Of a stretch of 64,000 bases of DNA, positions 1 through 10,507 are shown piece by piece; the stretch's first letter is position 1; each line of letters starts with the position of its first letter. The stretch lies in the NCBI RefSeq assembly GCF_988242995.1, contig NZ_OZ547043.1. The stretch is one strand, 5' to 3'. Under the pieces are notes generated by a model. It did not search any database, was not told the origin of the DNA, and saw nothing but the letters and a program-made list of their open reading frames with translations. The position numbers and the translations under genes were made by a program.

Positions 1-38
1 GTGAACAAAGATGGACATCTGTAAACGGTCTGGAAGTA

Positions 39-272
39 ATGAGTATGTTTGATGAGTATTGTCATCACATCTACCTTGATGATATCAATAAAAAAATACA
101 AGCTGAATTACCTGAAGATAAAACATTAGGTTTCAAACGTCAATTGCAATTTTTCATTTTAGGGGATGAGAAGATTAGAATATGGGTGCCACAGGGGGAA
201 TTATATTTCGCATTAATGAATGTATTGCAGATGTTCCCCCTGAAAAAAATGGTTGATGACTGGACAAGGTAA
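39..272 (+). CDS. hypothetical small protein (77 aa), AT-rich
   Basis: ORF track; preceded by GGAAG ~6 nt upstream; upstream reading frame stops at 22-24; low GC relative to core genes; no recognisable family. Confidence 0.3.
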   Translation: MSMFDEYCHHIYLDDINKKIQAELPEDKTLGFKRQLQFFILGDEKIRIWVPQGELYFALMNVLQMFPLKKMVDDWTR

Positions 273-391
273 TTTCAAATCACAGTAATGTCCATCGATT
301 ATACATGGTACGTAAACAGACTCGCACCGTTTTTGCAGAAGGTTAATGTGTCGTCTATCGAGAGCAGTCTCATATATGAAGGGGTATTAAC

Positions 392-769
392 ATGGATGAA
401 TGTTTTATAAATATCACTCCGACTTCATTGTCTTTTAAAAATGCCGAACTATCAGATTTAAGCTATAAAAATGCCAGGCTTGAACTTACCCTCATATGTC
501 CGGCGATCAAGTCAGAAGTTAAGTTATCATTTGACTGGATACATTCATTTCGTGTTACTGACGAAGGTGATTTGTTAGGAATGTCAGGAATTCACGGTAT
601 TAACCAAACGGGGATCTATAGAGTAGTGAATTCCGCCTACTTTGCATGGTTTACTATGCAAAGTTGTGAAATTTATAAAAATAATGTGATCGAGCATTAT
701 GTCATTGCCACGTCAAATGATGTTATTGATGTTTTATCAACAGTTTCTCCGCAAATACAGTATGACTAA
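392..769 (+). CDS. hypothetical protein (125 aa), AT-rich
   Basis: ORF track; strong SD-like GAAGGGG 8 nt upstream of ATG; low GC; no recognisable family. Confidence 0.4.
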   Translation: MDECFINITPTSLSFKNAELSDLSYKNARLELTLICPAIKSEVKLSFDWIHSFRVTDEGDLLGMSGIHGINQTGIYRVVNSAYFAWFTMQSCEIYKNNVIEHYVIATSNDVIDVLSTVSPQIQYD

Positions 770-884
770 AACCAGTGTCTGGTTCGCGATGGCGAGGTAG
801 AAAAAGCATCATCTTCCTTTCAGAGTGCTCCGCTTCTCATTATTATCTCACGCAGTATTCTTAAGGGAACGATAAGGAGGAACC

Positions 885-1685
885 ATGAACATTACCCCGT
901 TTCCGACGCTTTCGCCGGCAACCATAGATGCCATAAATGTTATCGGACAGTGGCTGGCGCAGGATGATTTCTCCGGTGAGGTGCCGTATCAGGCCGATTG
1001 CGTGATCCTTGCAGGCAATGCGGTTATGCCGACTATCGACGCGGCATGTAAGATTGCTCGCGATCAGCAAATTCCTTTACTGATCAGTGGTGGTATCGGT
1101 CACTCGACAACTTTTTTGTATAGCGCCATCGCACAGCATCCGCACTACAACACTATTCGCACCACTGGCAGAGCAGAAGCGACCATCCTGGCGGATATCG
1201 CTCATCAGTTCTGGCATATTCCGCATGAAAAAATCTGGATTGAAGACCAGTCAACAAACTGCGGTGAAAACGCACGCTTTAGCATCGCGCTATTGAATCA
1301 GGCCGTAGAACGAGTTCATACGGCTATCGTTGTTCAGGACCCCACCATGCAGCGGCGCACGATGGCGACGTTCCGCCGTATGACCGGGGACAATCCAGAT
1401 GCACCTCGCTGGTTAAGTTATCCCGGATTCGTTCCTCAGCTAGGAAACAACGCAGACAGTGTAATCTTTGTTAATCCGTTGCAAGGATTATGGCCGGTTG
1501 AGCGTTATCTATCACTACTCACTGGCGAGCTGCCGCGTTTACACGATGATAGCGATGGCTATGGTCCCCGCGGGCGAGATTTTATTGTTCACGTTGATTT
1601 TCCGGCAGAAGTCATCCATGCATGGCAAACGCTGAAACACGATGCGGTGCTCATCGAGGCGATGGAAAGTCGCTCGTTACGTTAA
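885..1685 (+). CDS. ydcF: DUF218-family protein YdcF
   Basis: 266 aa ORF, N-terminus [29 protein letters not shown] recognised as YdcF; GGAGG RBS upstream. Confidence 0.9.
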   Translation: MNITPFPTLSPATIDAINVIGQWLAQDDFSGEVPYQADCVILAGNAVMPTIDAACKIARDQQIPLLISGGIGHSTTFLYSAIAQHPHYNTIRTTGRAEATILADIAHQFWHIPHEKIWIEDQSTNCGENARFSIALLNQAVERVHTAIVVQDPTMQRRTMATFRRMTGDNPDAPRWLSYPGFVPQLGNNADSVIFVNPLQGLWPVERYLSLLTGELPRLHDDSDGYGPRGRDFIVHVDFPAEVIHAWQTLKHDAVLIEAMESRSLR

Positions 1686-1881
1686 AAATTGCCCGTTTGT
1701 GAACCACTTGTTTGCAAACGGGCATAACTCCTGCCTTTTATTTCTGCCTCTTATTCCTTTTACACTTGTTTTTATGAAGCCCTTCACAGAATTGTCCTTT
1801 CATGATGCCGTCTCTATGATGATTGATGTTAATTAACAATGCATTTACCAAAAACAAACATATAAATCACAGGAGTCGCTC

Positions 1882-3321
1882 ATGTCAGTACCCGTTCAAC
1901 ATCCTATGTATATTGATGGACAGTTTGTTACCTGGCGTGGAGACGCATGGATTGATGTGGTAAACCCTGCTACAGAGGCTGTCATTTCCCGCATTCCCGA
2001 TGGTCAGGCCGAGGATGCCCGTAAGGCAATCGATGCAGCAGAACGTGCACAACCAGAATGGGAAGCGTTGCCTGCTATTGAACGCGCCAGTTGGTTGCGC
2101 AAAATCTCCGCCGGGATCCGCAAACGCGCCAGTGAAATCAGTACGCTGATTGTTGAAGAAGGGGGTAAGATCCAGCAGCTAGCTGAAGTCGAAGTGGCTT
2201 TTACTGCCGACTATATCGATTACATGGCGGAGTGGGCACGGCGTTACGAGGGCGAGATTATTCAAAGCGATCGTCCAGGAGAAAATATTCTTCTGTTTAA
2301 ACGTGCGCTTGGTGTGACTACCGGCATTCTGCCGTGGAACTTCCCGTTCTTCCTCATTGCCCGCAAAATGGCTCCCGCTCTTTTGACCGGTAATACCATC
2401 GTCATTAAACCCAGTGAATTTACGCCAAACAATGCGATTGCATTCGCCAAAATCGTCGATGAAATAGGCCTTCCGCGCGGCGTGTTTAACCTTGTTCTGG
2501 GGCGTGGTGAAACCGTTGGGCAAGAACTGGCGGGTAACCCAAAGGTCGCAATGGTCAGTATGACAGGCAGCGTCTCTGCAGGTGAAAAGATTATGGCGAC
2601 TGCGGCGAAAAACATCACCAAAGTGTGCCTGGAACTGGGGGGTAAAGCACCGGCTATCGTAATGGACGATGCCGATCTTGAACTGGCAGTCAAAGCCATC
2701 GTTGATTCACGCGTCATTAATAGTGGGCAAGTGTGTAACTGTGCAGAACGTGTTTATGTACAGAAAGGCATTTATGATCAGTTTGTCAATCGGCTGGGTG
2801 AAGCGATGCAGGCGGTGCAATTTGGTAACCCCGCTGAACGCAACGACATTGCGATGGGGCCGTTGATTAACGCCGCGGCGCTGGAAAGGGTCGAGCAAAA
2901 AGTGGCGCGCGCAGTAGAAGAAGGGGTGAGAGTGGCGTTGGGTGGCAAAGCGGTAGAGGGGAAAGGATATTATTATCCGCCGACATTGCTGCTGGATGTT
3001 CGCCAGGAAATGTCGATTATGCACGAGGAAACCTTTGGCCCGGTGCTGCCAGTGGTCGCATTTGACACGCTGGAAGAGGCTATCGCAATGGCTAATGACA
3101 GTGATTACGGCCTGACCTCATCAATCTATACCCAAAATCTGAACGTCGCGATGAAAGCCATTAAAGGGCTGAAGTTTGGTGAAACTTACATCAACCGTGA
3201 AAACTTCGAAGCTATGCAAGGATTCCACGCCGGATGGCGTAAATCCGGTATTGGCGGCGCAGATGGCAAACATGGCTTGCATGAATACCTGCAGACCCAG
3301 GTGGTTTATTTACAGTCGTAA
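1882..3321 (+). CDS. aldA: lactaldehyde dehydrogenase (NAD-dependent aldehyde dehydrogenase A)
   Basis: 479 aa; aldehyde dehydrogenase motifs (ELGGKAP, catalytic Cys region GQVCNCAERVYV); recognised as AldA. Confidence 0.95.
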   Translation: MSVPVQHPMYIDGQFVTWRGDAWIDVVNPATEAVISRIPDGQAEDARKAIDAAERAQPEWEALPAIERASWLRKISAGIRKRASEISTLIVEEGGKIQQLAEVEVAFTADYIDYMAEWARRYEGEIIQSDRPGENILLFKRALGVTTGILPWNFPFFLIARKMAPALLTGNTIVIKPSEFTPNNAIAFAKIVDEIGLPRGVFNLVLGRGETVGQELAGNPKVAMVSMTGSVSAGEKIMATAAKNITKVCLELGGKAPAIVMDDADLELAVKAIVDSRVINSGQVCNCAERVYVQKGIYDQFVNRLGEAMQAVQFGNPAERNDIAMGPLINAAALERVEQKVARAVEEGVRVALGGKAVEGKGYYYPPTLLLDVRQEMSIMHEETFGPVLPVVAFDTLEEAIAMANDSDYGLTSSIYTQNLNVAMKAIKGLKFGETYINRENFEAMQGFHAGWRKSGIGGADGKHGLHEYLQTQVVYLQS

Positions 3322-3330
3322 TGAGTGAAA

Positions 3331-3356
3331 GAGGCGGAGGCTTTTCTCTCCGCCTT
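3331..3356. terminator. bidirectional rho-independent terminator between convergent aldA and gapC
   Basis: inverted repeat AGGCGGAG...CTCCGCCT with flanking T/A runs. Confidence 0.6.
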
Positions 3357-3362
3357 TGCGCG

Positions 3363-4364
3363 TCAGAGTTTAGCGAATTTTTCGAGGGTGCGAATAAGCT
3401 GCGTGACGAAGCCATATTCGTTATCATACCAGGCGACCGTTTTCACCAGCTGTAAATCGCCCACGGCGGTAATTTCGGTTTGCGTGGCATCAAACACCGA
3501 CCCGAAATGGCTGCCAATGATATCAGAAGAGACTATTTCTTCATCGGTATAACCAAATGACTCGTTATTGTTTGTCGCCTTTTTAAGCGCGTTGTTCACC
3601 TCTTCGGCAGTCACTTTTTTTTCGAGAATAGACACCAGTTCAGTCACCGAACCTGTTTTCACGGGTACGCGTTGCGCATGACCTTTCAGTTTGCCGCTCA
3701 GTTCCGGGATCACCAGACCAATGGCTTTTGCCGCACCTGTAGTGTGGGGAATGATATTTTCTGCCGCTGCACGTGAAGCGCGTAGATCTTTACCTCGCGG
3801 ACCATCCACCAGTGACTGAGTGCCGGTATAGGCATGAATGGTCGTCATCGTGCCGACTTCTATTCCGAAACTGTCGTGCAAGGCTTTGGCCATCGGTGCA
3901 AGACAGTTAGTGGTGCATGACGCCACGGAAACAATGGTGTCGTTGCCATCCAGAGTGTCGTCATTGACGTTATAAACGATAGTTTTCATTTCACCGGCAG
4001 GGGCGGAAATCAACACCTTCTTCGCACCAGCATCAAGATGCGCCTGCGATTTCTCGGCGGAGGTATAAAAGCCAGTACATTCGACAATAATTTCTGCCCC
4101 TTTCGCTTTCCACGGAATATTTTTAGCCTCTTTTTCGGCGTAAACCGCGATACTTTTCCCATCAACGATAAGTGAATCTTCCGTAAAATCAACGCTCCAG
4201 GGGAACGGTCCGTAGTTTGAATCATGTTTCAGCAGGTAGGCGAGAATTTTTGGGGAAGTGAGATCATTAATAGCGACAATGTCTATGTTGCTTTTGACTT
4301 CAAGTAATCGACGCAACACCAGTCGACCGATACGACCAAAACCGTTAATACCAACTTTACTCAT
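3363..4364 (-). CDS. gapC: glyceraldehyde-3-phosphate dehydrogenase GapC (intact reading frame)
   Basis: 333 aa uninterrupted ORF; N-terminal NAD-binding motif INGFGRIGR; active-site region SCTTNCLAP. Confidence 0.9.
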   Translation of the reverse strand: MSKVGINGFGRIGRLVLRRLLEVKSNIDIVAINDLTSPKILAYLLKHDSNYGPFPWSVDFTEDSLIVDGKSIAVYAEKEAKNIPWKAKGAEIIVECTGFYTSAEKSQAHLDAGAKKVLISAPAGEMKTIVYNVNDDTLDGNDTIVSVASCTTNCLAPMAKALHDSFGIEVGTMTTIHAYTGTQSLVDGPRGKDLRASRAAAENIIPHTTGAAKAIGLVIPELSGKLKGHAQRVPVKTGSVTELVSILEKKVTAEEVNNALKKATNNNESFGYTDEEIVSSDIIGSHFGSVFDATQTEITAVGDLQLVKTVAWYDNEYGFVTQLIRTLEKFAKL

Positions 4365-4552
4365 GGTCTTCTCCTGTCAGGAACGTTCGGATGAAAATTG
4401 ATCCTTTCCAGGCTTAGACCAGGATGGCGGGATGGGCAATCTACATTCTTGCCGTGAAACGTAACGTACTGAAAACGGGTGAACAATATTTAATGAAATT
4501 TTAAGAAAAGCCCGTTATGTTAACGGAAAATTATGTTAAAGCAGGAAATGTT

Positions 4553-5083
4553 ATGGGAAATAAATACTCAAGGTTACAAATCAGCATTCACTGGCTGGTC
4601 TTTATGCTGGTTATCGCAGCGTATTGCGCAATGGAGTTTCGGGGTTTCTTCCCACGTAGCGATCGGCCACTCATCAACATGATTCATGTTTCCTGTGGCA
4701 TATCAATTCTCGTGCTGATGGTCGTTCGTCTTTTGTTAAGGCTGAAATACCCAACCCCGCCGATTATACCTAAGCCAAAACCGATGATGACGGGACTGGC
4801 GCATTTGGGCCATTTGGTGATTTATCTCCTGTTTATTGCGCTGCCAGTGATTGGTTTGGTGATGATGTATAACCGGGGCAACCCGTGGTTTGCGTTTGGT
4901 TTGACGATGCCTTATGCATCAGAGGCCAATTTCGAACGGGTTGATAGCTTAAAGTCGTGGCATGAAATGCTGGCGAATCTGGGATATTTTGTCATCGGGT
5001 TGCACGCTGCGGCTGCACTGGCACACCACTATTTCTGGAAGGACAACACACTTCTACGCATGATGCCGCGTAAACGTTCCTGA
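4553..5083 (+). CDS. cybB: cytochrome b561
   Basis: ORF 4517..5083; likely native start at internal ATG (MGNKYSRLQISIHWLVF...) giving ~176 aa multi-TM protein. Confidence 0.85.
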   Translation: MGNKYSRLQISIHWLVFMLVIAAYCAMEFRGFFPRSDRPLINMIHVSCGISILVLMVVRLLLRLKYPTPPIIPKPKPMMTGLAHLGHLVIYLLFIALPVIGLVMMYNRGNPWFAFGLTMPYASEANFERVDSLKSWHEMLANLGYFVIGLHAAAALAHHYFWKDNTLLRMMPRKRS

Positions 5084-5093
5084 AGGATATTTA

Positions 5094-5157
5094 AAGAAAA
5101 CGCCTGTACTAAAACCGACCCGTGGTACAGGCGAAGAATACGGGTCTACATCGGAAG
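5094..5157 (-). ncRNA. rydC: RydC small regulatory RNA
   Basis: reverse complement reads CTTCCGATGTAGACCCGTATTCTTCGCCTGTACCACGGGTCGGTTTTAGTACAGGCGTTTTCTT, recognised as RydC; lies between cybB and ydcA. Confidence 0.75.
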
Positions 5158-5327
5158 CGCCTATTATATTTATTTGTATGACAAATAAAACCATAATCCT
5201 TATCCATACGTCCATCTGGCTTATCTTTAATCAATTCACCCGATCTTTGATCTCATCAACGGTATCAAAATAAACCAGCGTATAACGTTCAAATCGAACA
5301 TAAGATTCGATAAACCATGGAGGTTAT

Positions 5328-5501
5328 ATGAAAAAACTGGCACTCATCTTGGTTATAGGAGCGCTTGTTTCCTTTTTTGCCGATGCCGGGCGCAAACCCT
5401 GTTCTGGTTCGAAAGGGGGGATCTCACACTGTACGGCAGGCGGCAAATTTGTCTGTAATGATGGTTCTATTAGTGCATCGAAAAAAACATGCACTAACTG
5501 A
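5328..5501 (+). CDS. ydcA: small secreted/lipoprotein-like protein YdcA (57 aa)
   Basis: ATG at 5328 with GGAGG RBS; MKKLALILVIGALVSFFADAGRKPCSGSKGG...; below ORF-track size cutoff. Confidence 0.8.
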   Translation: MKKLALILVIGALVSFFADAGRKPCSGSKGGISHCTAGGKFVCNDGSISASKKTCTN

Positions 5502-5572
5502 AGTGTAAAAGGGGTGCCATGAGAAAATGAATCTGCTAGTCAGATGCGCGGGGAAAATCCCCGCGCTTGCCC

Positions 5573-5764
<192 letters not shown>

Positions 5765-5780
<16 letters not shown>

Positions 5781-5830
5781 TCGTTGGCCTCGGTTGATAG
5801 AAATATCGGTCGGGGCCTTCGTCTTTCTGA
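5765..5830 (+). ncRNA. sokB: putative SokB antisense RNA region (boundaries approximate)
   Basis: expected antisense to the mokB start/leader by analogy to hok/sok loci; not delimited from sequence alone. Confidence 0.25.
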
Positions 5831-6054
5831 TTCCCGGTTAGCCTGAAAACAGAAAGTCTCAGGCACCCGTGAGCATCCTATGTGGTTTCCTTAGGGACGA
5901 AAATAATCACCTGACGAAATTGCGTGCTGTTTTCCAGAATTTTTCGTCATTCGGGTTAGCCAGTTTAGCCATTCGTTACTCTCTTCATTCCAATAGCATT
6001 AATTTTCTCTGCAATAATTGTTGTAAAAATGTGACGCAAAGAGGTTTTTGGTCA

Positions 6055-6081
6055 TAAGTAATTATCGTCAAGTGCCGATGA
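6055..6081 (+). promoter_or_regulatory. sigma28 (FliA)-type promoter upstream of trg
   Basis: TAAGTAAT-N11-GCCGATGA matches the TAAAGTTT-N11-GCCGATAA class 3 flagellar/chemotaxis promoter consensus, ~40 nt upstream of trg ATG. Confidence 0.5.
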
Positions 6082-6120
6082 CTTTCTATCAGGAGTAAAC
6101 CTGGACGAGAGACAACGGTA

Positions 6121-7761
6121 ATGAATACAACTCCCTCACAGCGATTAGGTTTTTTGCATCACATCAGGCTGGTTCCGTTATTTGCCTGCATTCTTGGCGG
6201 TATCTTAGTTCTATTCGCATTAAGTTCAGCTCTGGCTGGCTATTTCCTCTGGCAGGCCGATCGCGATCAGCGTGATGTTACTGCGGAGATTGAGATTCGG
6301 ACCGGGTTAGCGAACAGTTCAGATTTTTTGCGTTCAGCCCGGATCAATATGATTCAGGCTGGTGCTGCGAGTCGTATTGCTGAAATGGAAGCAATGAAGC
6401 GAAATATTGCGCAAGCCGAATCGGAGATTAAACAGTCGCAGCAAGGTTATCGTGCTTATCAGAATCGGTCGGTGAAAACACCTGCTGATGAAGCCCTCGA
6501 CACTGAATTAAATCAACGCTTCCAGGCTTATATCACGGGTATGCAACCGATGTTGAAATATGCCAAAAATGGCATGTTTGAAGCGATTATCAATCATGAA
6601 AGTGAGCAGATCCGACCGCTGGATAATGCTTATACCGATATTTTGAGCAAAGCCGTTAAGATACGTAGCGCCAGAGCCAACCAACTGGCGGAACTGGCCC
6701 ATCAGCGCACCCGTCTGGGTGGGATGTTCATGATTGGCGCGTTTGTGCTTGCCCTGGTCATGACGCTGATAACATTTATGGTGCTACGTCGGATCGTCAT
6801 TCGTCCACTGCAACATGCCGCACAACGGATTGAAAAAATCGCCAGTGGCGATCTGACGATGAATGATGAACCGGCGGGTCGTAATGAAATCGGTCGCTTA
6901 AGTCGTCATTTACAGCAAATGCAGCATTCACTGGGGATGACAGTAGGGACTGTTCGACAGGGTGCGGAAGAGATTTATCGTGGCACCAGCGAAATTTCAG
7001 CTGGCAATGCGGACCTGTCATCTCGCACCGAAGAACAAGCGGCGGCTATCGAACAAACTGCCGCCAGCATGGAGCAACTTACTGCGACGGTGAAACAGAA
7101 TGCGGATAACGCGCATCATGCCAGCAAACTGGCGCAAGAGGCTTCTATTAAAGCCAGCGATGGCGGGCAGACGGTTTCCGGTGTAGTAAAAACGATGGGC
7201 GCTATCTCCACGAGTTCGAAGAAAATTTCTGAGATCACCGCCGTCATCAACAGTATTGCTTTCCAGACGAATATTCTGGCACTGAATGCTGCCGTTGAAG
7301 CCGCGCGAGCGGGTGAGCAAGGGCGTGGATTTGCCGTTGTCGCCAGCGAAGTACGGACACTCGCAAGCCGCAGCGCTCAGGCGGCGAAAGAGATTGAAGG
7401 CTTGATCAGTGAATCAGTCAGGTTAATTGACCTGGGGTCGGATGAGGTGGCAACGGCAGGGAAAACCATGAGCACTATTGTTGATGCCGTCGCGAGTGTC
7501 ACACATATCATGCAGGAAATCGCCGCCGCCTCGGATGAACAAAGTAGAGGCATAACTCAGGTTAGCCAGGCGATTTCTGAAATGGATAAGGTGACGCAAC
7601 AGAATGCTTCTCTGGTAGAAGAGGCCTCAGCGGCGGCGGTGTCCCTTGAAGAACAGGCGGCACGATTAACTGAGGCGGTGGACGTATTCCGTCTGAACAA
7701 ACATTCTGTGTTGGCAGAACCTCGCGGAGCGGGTGAACAAGTTAGTTTCGCTACGGTGTGA
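6121..7761 (+). CDS. trg: methyl-accepting chemotaxis protein III (ribose/galactose sensor)
   Basis: 546 aa; two TM segments, HAMP, conserved MCP signalling domain with methylation-site heptads; recognised as Trg. Confidence 0.95.
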   Translation: MNTTPSQRLGFLHHIRLVPLFACILGGILVLFALSSALAGYFLWQADRDQRDVTAEIEIRTGLANSSDFLRSARINMIQAGAASRIAEMEAMKRNIAQAESEIKQSQQGYRAYQNRSVKTPADEALDTELNQRFQAYITGMQPMLKYAKNGMFEAIINHESEQIRPLDNAYTDILSKAVKIRSARANQLAELAHQRTRLGGMFMIGAFVLALVMTLITFMVLRRIVIRPLQHAAQRIEKIASGDLTMNDEPAGRNEIGRLSRHLQQMQHSLGMTVGTVRQGAEEIYRGTSEISAGNADLSSRTEEQAAAIEQTAASMEQLTATVKQNADNAHHASKLAQEASIKASDGGQTVSGVVKTMGAISTSSKKISEITAVINSIAFQTNILALNAAVEAARAGEQGRGFAVVASEVRTLASRSAQAAKEIEGLISESVRLIDLGSDEVATAGKTMSTIVDAVASVTHIMQEIAAASDEQSRGITQVSQAISEMDKVTQQNASLVEEASAAAVSLEEQAARLTEAVDVFRLNKHSVLAEPRGAGEQVSFATV

Positions 7762-7773
7762 AAATGTTCAAGG

Positions 7774-7793
7774 AAGGGATCGACAGATCCCTT
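7774..7793. terminator. bidirectional terminator between trg and ydcI
   Basis: hairpin AAGGGATC-GACA-GATCCCTT. Confidence 0.5.
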
Positions 7794-7799
7794 CACCTT

Positions 7800-8723
7800 T
7801 CAGAACGGCATTGATTTTCGAATAGCGTTAATCATCAACTGGCAACCAGAAGAGAACGTTGCATCTACGCGGGTCAGTATTCCAATCGGTTCGCCTGCAC
7901 CATGTCCCGGAACAGGCAGGGCCACCAGTGTGGCATGACGCAGGTCGTCTTTTACAGCGCCAGAAGGGACAAACCACACGTAATCGTATTCAACCGTAAG
8001 TTGACGAGATAGCGAAGCAGACAGCGTTTCGATACAACCCGAAGGAATTTTACATCCCTGGCTCTGCACTAATGCATCTGAATGCTGGCGTGGCGCAGTG
8101 CCTTCTGGTGATACAACGACCGGCCATTCCAGCACCCGGCTTAGCGTTACGTTCTCCTGAAGTAGCGGATGATTAGGGCGGACAACCAGCTTCAGCGATT
8201 CAAGAAACAGCAGTTCGTAATTAAGTCCGGTCATCAGTTCAGGATCTGACATCCGACCAATGCCGATATCGATTTCCCCGGTTTTTAAACCCGCAAGAAT
8301 CATAGGGTTACTCATTGTCGCAACTTGCAAGGTCGTCTCTTTTTGTTGCTGATGAAACTGACCTATAACCGAAGGTAATATCCCCAGTGCCGCAGTAGGT
8401 AGTGCACCAACCCTGACGACATCATTATTAAGACCTTCTTTACGATGAAGCGACTGTCCGGCAGTGTTGATGGCGTCAAGAACTCTGACTGCATGCGTTA
8501 AAAATTGTTCGCCGGGTAAGGTAAGTTGCGCCCCCTGACGACCACGCTCAAACAAGCGAGCGCCCGTCAGCTGCTCCAGTTCATTCAATGTCTTAGAGAG
8601 CGCAGGTTGACTCAAATTAAGGGTTTCAGCCGCGCGCCCCAAAGTTCCTTGTTGTGCGACAGCTACGAATGTATGAAGGTGGCGCAGACGGATGCGCTGA
8701 CTAAACAGACTATTTTTTTCCAT
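7800..8723 (-). CDS. ydcI: LysR-family transcriptional regulator YdcI
   Basis: ORF track gives 357 aa; native start taken at internal Met (MEKNSLFSQRIRLRHLHTFVAVAQQGTLGRAAE..., 307 aa) with LysR HTH at N-terminus. Confidence 0.85.
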   Translation of the reverse strand: MEKNSLFSQRIRLRHLHTFVAVAQQGTLGRAAETLNLSQPALSKTLNELEQLTGARLFERGRQGAQLTLPGEQFLTHAVRVLDAINTAGQSLHRKEGLNNDVVRVGALPTAALGILPSVIGQFHQQQKETTLQVATMSNPMILAGLKTGEIDIGIGRMSDPELMTGLNYELLFLESLKLVVRPNHPLLQENVTLSRVLEWPVVVSPEGTAPRQHSDALVQSQGCKIPSGCIETLSASLSRQLTVEYDYVWFVPSGAVKDDLRHATLVALPVPGHGAGEPIGILTRVDATFSSGCQLMINAIRKSMPF

Positions 8724-8939
8724 AAGCGATGTTAAAAACGAAGCGGTGTCGCTGACAAGTGAAGTTGTTTGATTATGATAACTTGATTGCAAAATATTAT
8801 TAACAATTAAAGCAATTATGTTACAGCAAAATGGATAATATTGATGTTTTCGCGGCGAGATCACAGTTTGCAAATTCTTCCCGCCAGAGTGAATGCGGTT
8901 ACCTACACTCCAGATTACTGACCACTGGAGGCAGACATT

Positions 8940-10283
8940 ATGGCGAACAGCATCACGGCGGATGAGATTCGGGAACAGTTTTCGCAGGCAATGTCAGCCA
9001 TGTACCAGCAAGAAGTTCCGCAGTACGGCACGCTGCTGGAACTGGTAGCTGATGTGAATCTGACTGTGCTGGAAAACAATCCTCAACTGCACGAAAAAAT
9101 GGTAAATGCAGACGAGCTGGCGCGACTGAATGTTGAACGTCATGGGGCAATTCGCGTTGGGACTGCACAAGAGCTTGCTACTCTTCGGCGGATGTTTGCC
9201 ATTATGGGGATGTACCCGGTGAGCTATTACGATCTCTCGCAGGCGGGAGTGCCGGTACATTCCACAGCATTTCGGCCCATTGATGATGCTTCTCTGGCGC
9301 GTAATCCCTTCCGCATTTTTACCTCATTACTCCGCCTAGAGCTTATCGAGAACGAATTTTTGCGCCAGAAAGCGGCGGAGATTCTGCGTCAGCGCGATAT
9401 CTTCACCCCACGTTGTCGACAACTGTTAGAGGAATATGAGCAGCGGGGCGGTTTTAACGAAACACAGGCACAGGAGTTTGTGCAGGAAGCCTTGGAAACG
9501 TTTCGCTGGCACCAGTCAGCAACGGTGGATGAAGTAACCTATCGCGCCTTGCATAACGAACATCGGCTGATTGCTGATGTGGTCTGTTTTCCTGGATGCC
9601 ATATCAACCACCTGACGCCACGCACGCTGGATATTGACCGGGTGCAGTCGATGATGCCTGAATGCGGGATTGAACCCAAAATTCTGATCGAAGGGCCGCC
9701 GCGCCGCGAGGTACCCATTTTACTACGCCAGACCAGCTTTAAAGCACTGGAAGAGACGGTGTTGTTTGCAGGGCAGAAACAGGGCACGCATACCGCGCGC
9801 TTTGGTGAAATAGAGCAGCGTGGTGTGGCATTAACGCCGAAAGGGCGACAACTGTATGATGATCTTCTGCGTAACGCTGGAACCGGGCAGGATAATCTCA
9901 CTCACCAAATGCATTTACAGGAAACCTTCCGCACTTTTCCTGACAGTGAGTTTTTAATGCGTCAGCAAGGGTTGGCATGGTTCCGATACCGTCTGACGCC
10001 TTCAGGTGAGGCGCATCGTCAGGCGATTCATCCCGGAGACGATCCACAGCCCTTAATTGAACGTGGTTGGATAGTGGCGCAACCCATTACCTATGAAGAT
10101 TTCTTGCCTGTTAGCGCGGCGGGGATCTTCCAGTCAAATCTGGGTAATGAAACGCAGGCACGCAGTCACGGTAATGCCAGTCGCGAAGCATTTGAGCAGG
10201 CGTTGGGCTGCCCGGTTTTGGATGAGTTCCAGCTTTATCAGGAAGCGGAAGAACGCAGTAAACGTCGCTGTGGTTTGCTTTAA
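8940..10283 (+). CDS. ydcJ: DUF1338-family protein YdcJ (putative metal-dependent dioxygenase-like enzyme)
   Basis: 447 aa, recognised as YdcJ; divergent from ydcI. Confidence 0.85.
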   Translation: MANSITADEIREQFSQAMSAMYQQEVPQYGTLLELVADVNLTVLENNPQLHEKMVNADELARLNVERHGAIRVGTAQELATLRRMFAIMGMYPVSYYDLSQAGVPVHSTAFRPIDDASLARNPFRIFTSLLRLELIENEFLRQKAAEILRQRDIFTPRCRQLLEEYEQRGGFNETQAQEFVQEALETFRWHQSATVDEVTYRALHNEHRLIADVVCFPGCHINHLTPRTLDIDRVQSMMPECGIEPKILIEGPPRREVPILLRQTSFKALEETVLFAGQKQGTHTARFGEIEQRGVALTPKGRQLYDDLLRNAGTGQDNLTHQMHLQETFRTFPDSEFLMRQQGLAWFRYRLTPSGEAHRQAIHPGDDPQPLIERGWIVAQPITYEDFLPVSAAGIFQSNLGNETQARSHGNASREAFEQALGCPVLDEFQLYQEAEERSKRRCGLL

Positions 10284-10507
10284 ATTCTGACCATCCGCCT
10301 TTGCAAAAATTTGCCTGATTTTACAAACGAATCAGGCTCATCCCATCGACATAAAAAAATTGCCGATTTATGCATATTCTCTCAGTTCAACAATTGGATT
10401 ATTAATAAATATTGTCTAGAGTGAGCGGTCATAAATAAGCACTTTCTTGCCGCTGAAAACGACCAGCGCGGGACCATTCACAACACCAGAAGGACTCACT
10501 TTCAGGT

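Noticed and set aside
2179-2717. Antisense ORFs within aldA (and similar ones within trg, narZ, opgD and ydcP)
   Set aside because: Fully embedded in well-supported genes on the opposite strand; no independent support.
7800-8873. 357-aa extended form of the ydcI ORF
   Set aside because: The LysR HTH begins at the internal Met (MEKNS...); the upstream 50 codons are AT-rich promoter region read through in frame.
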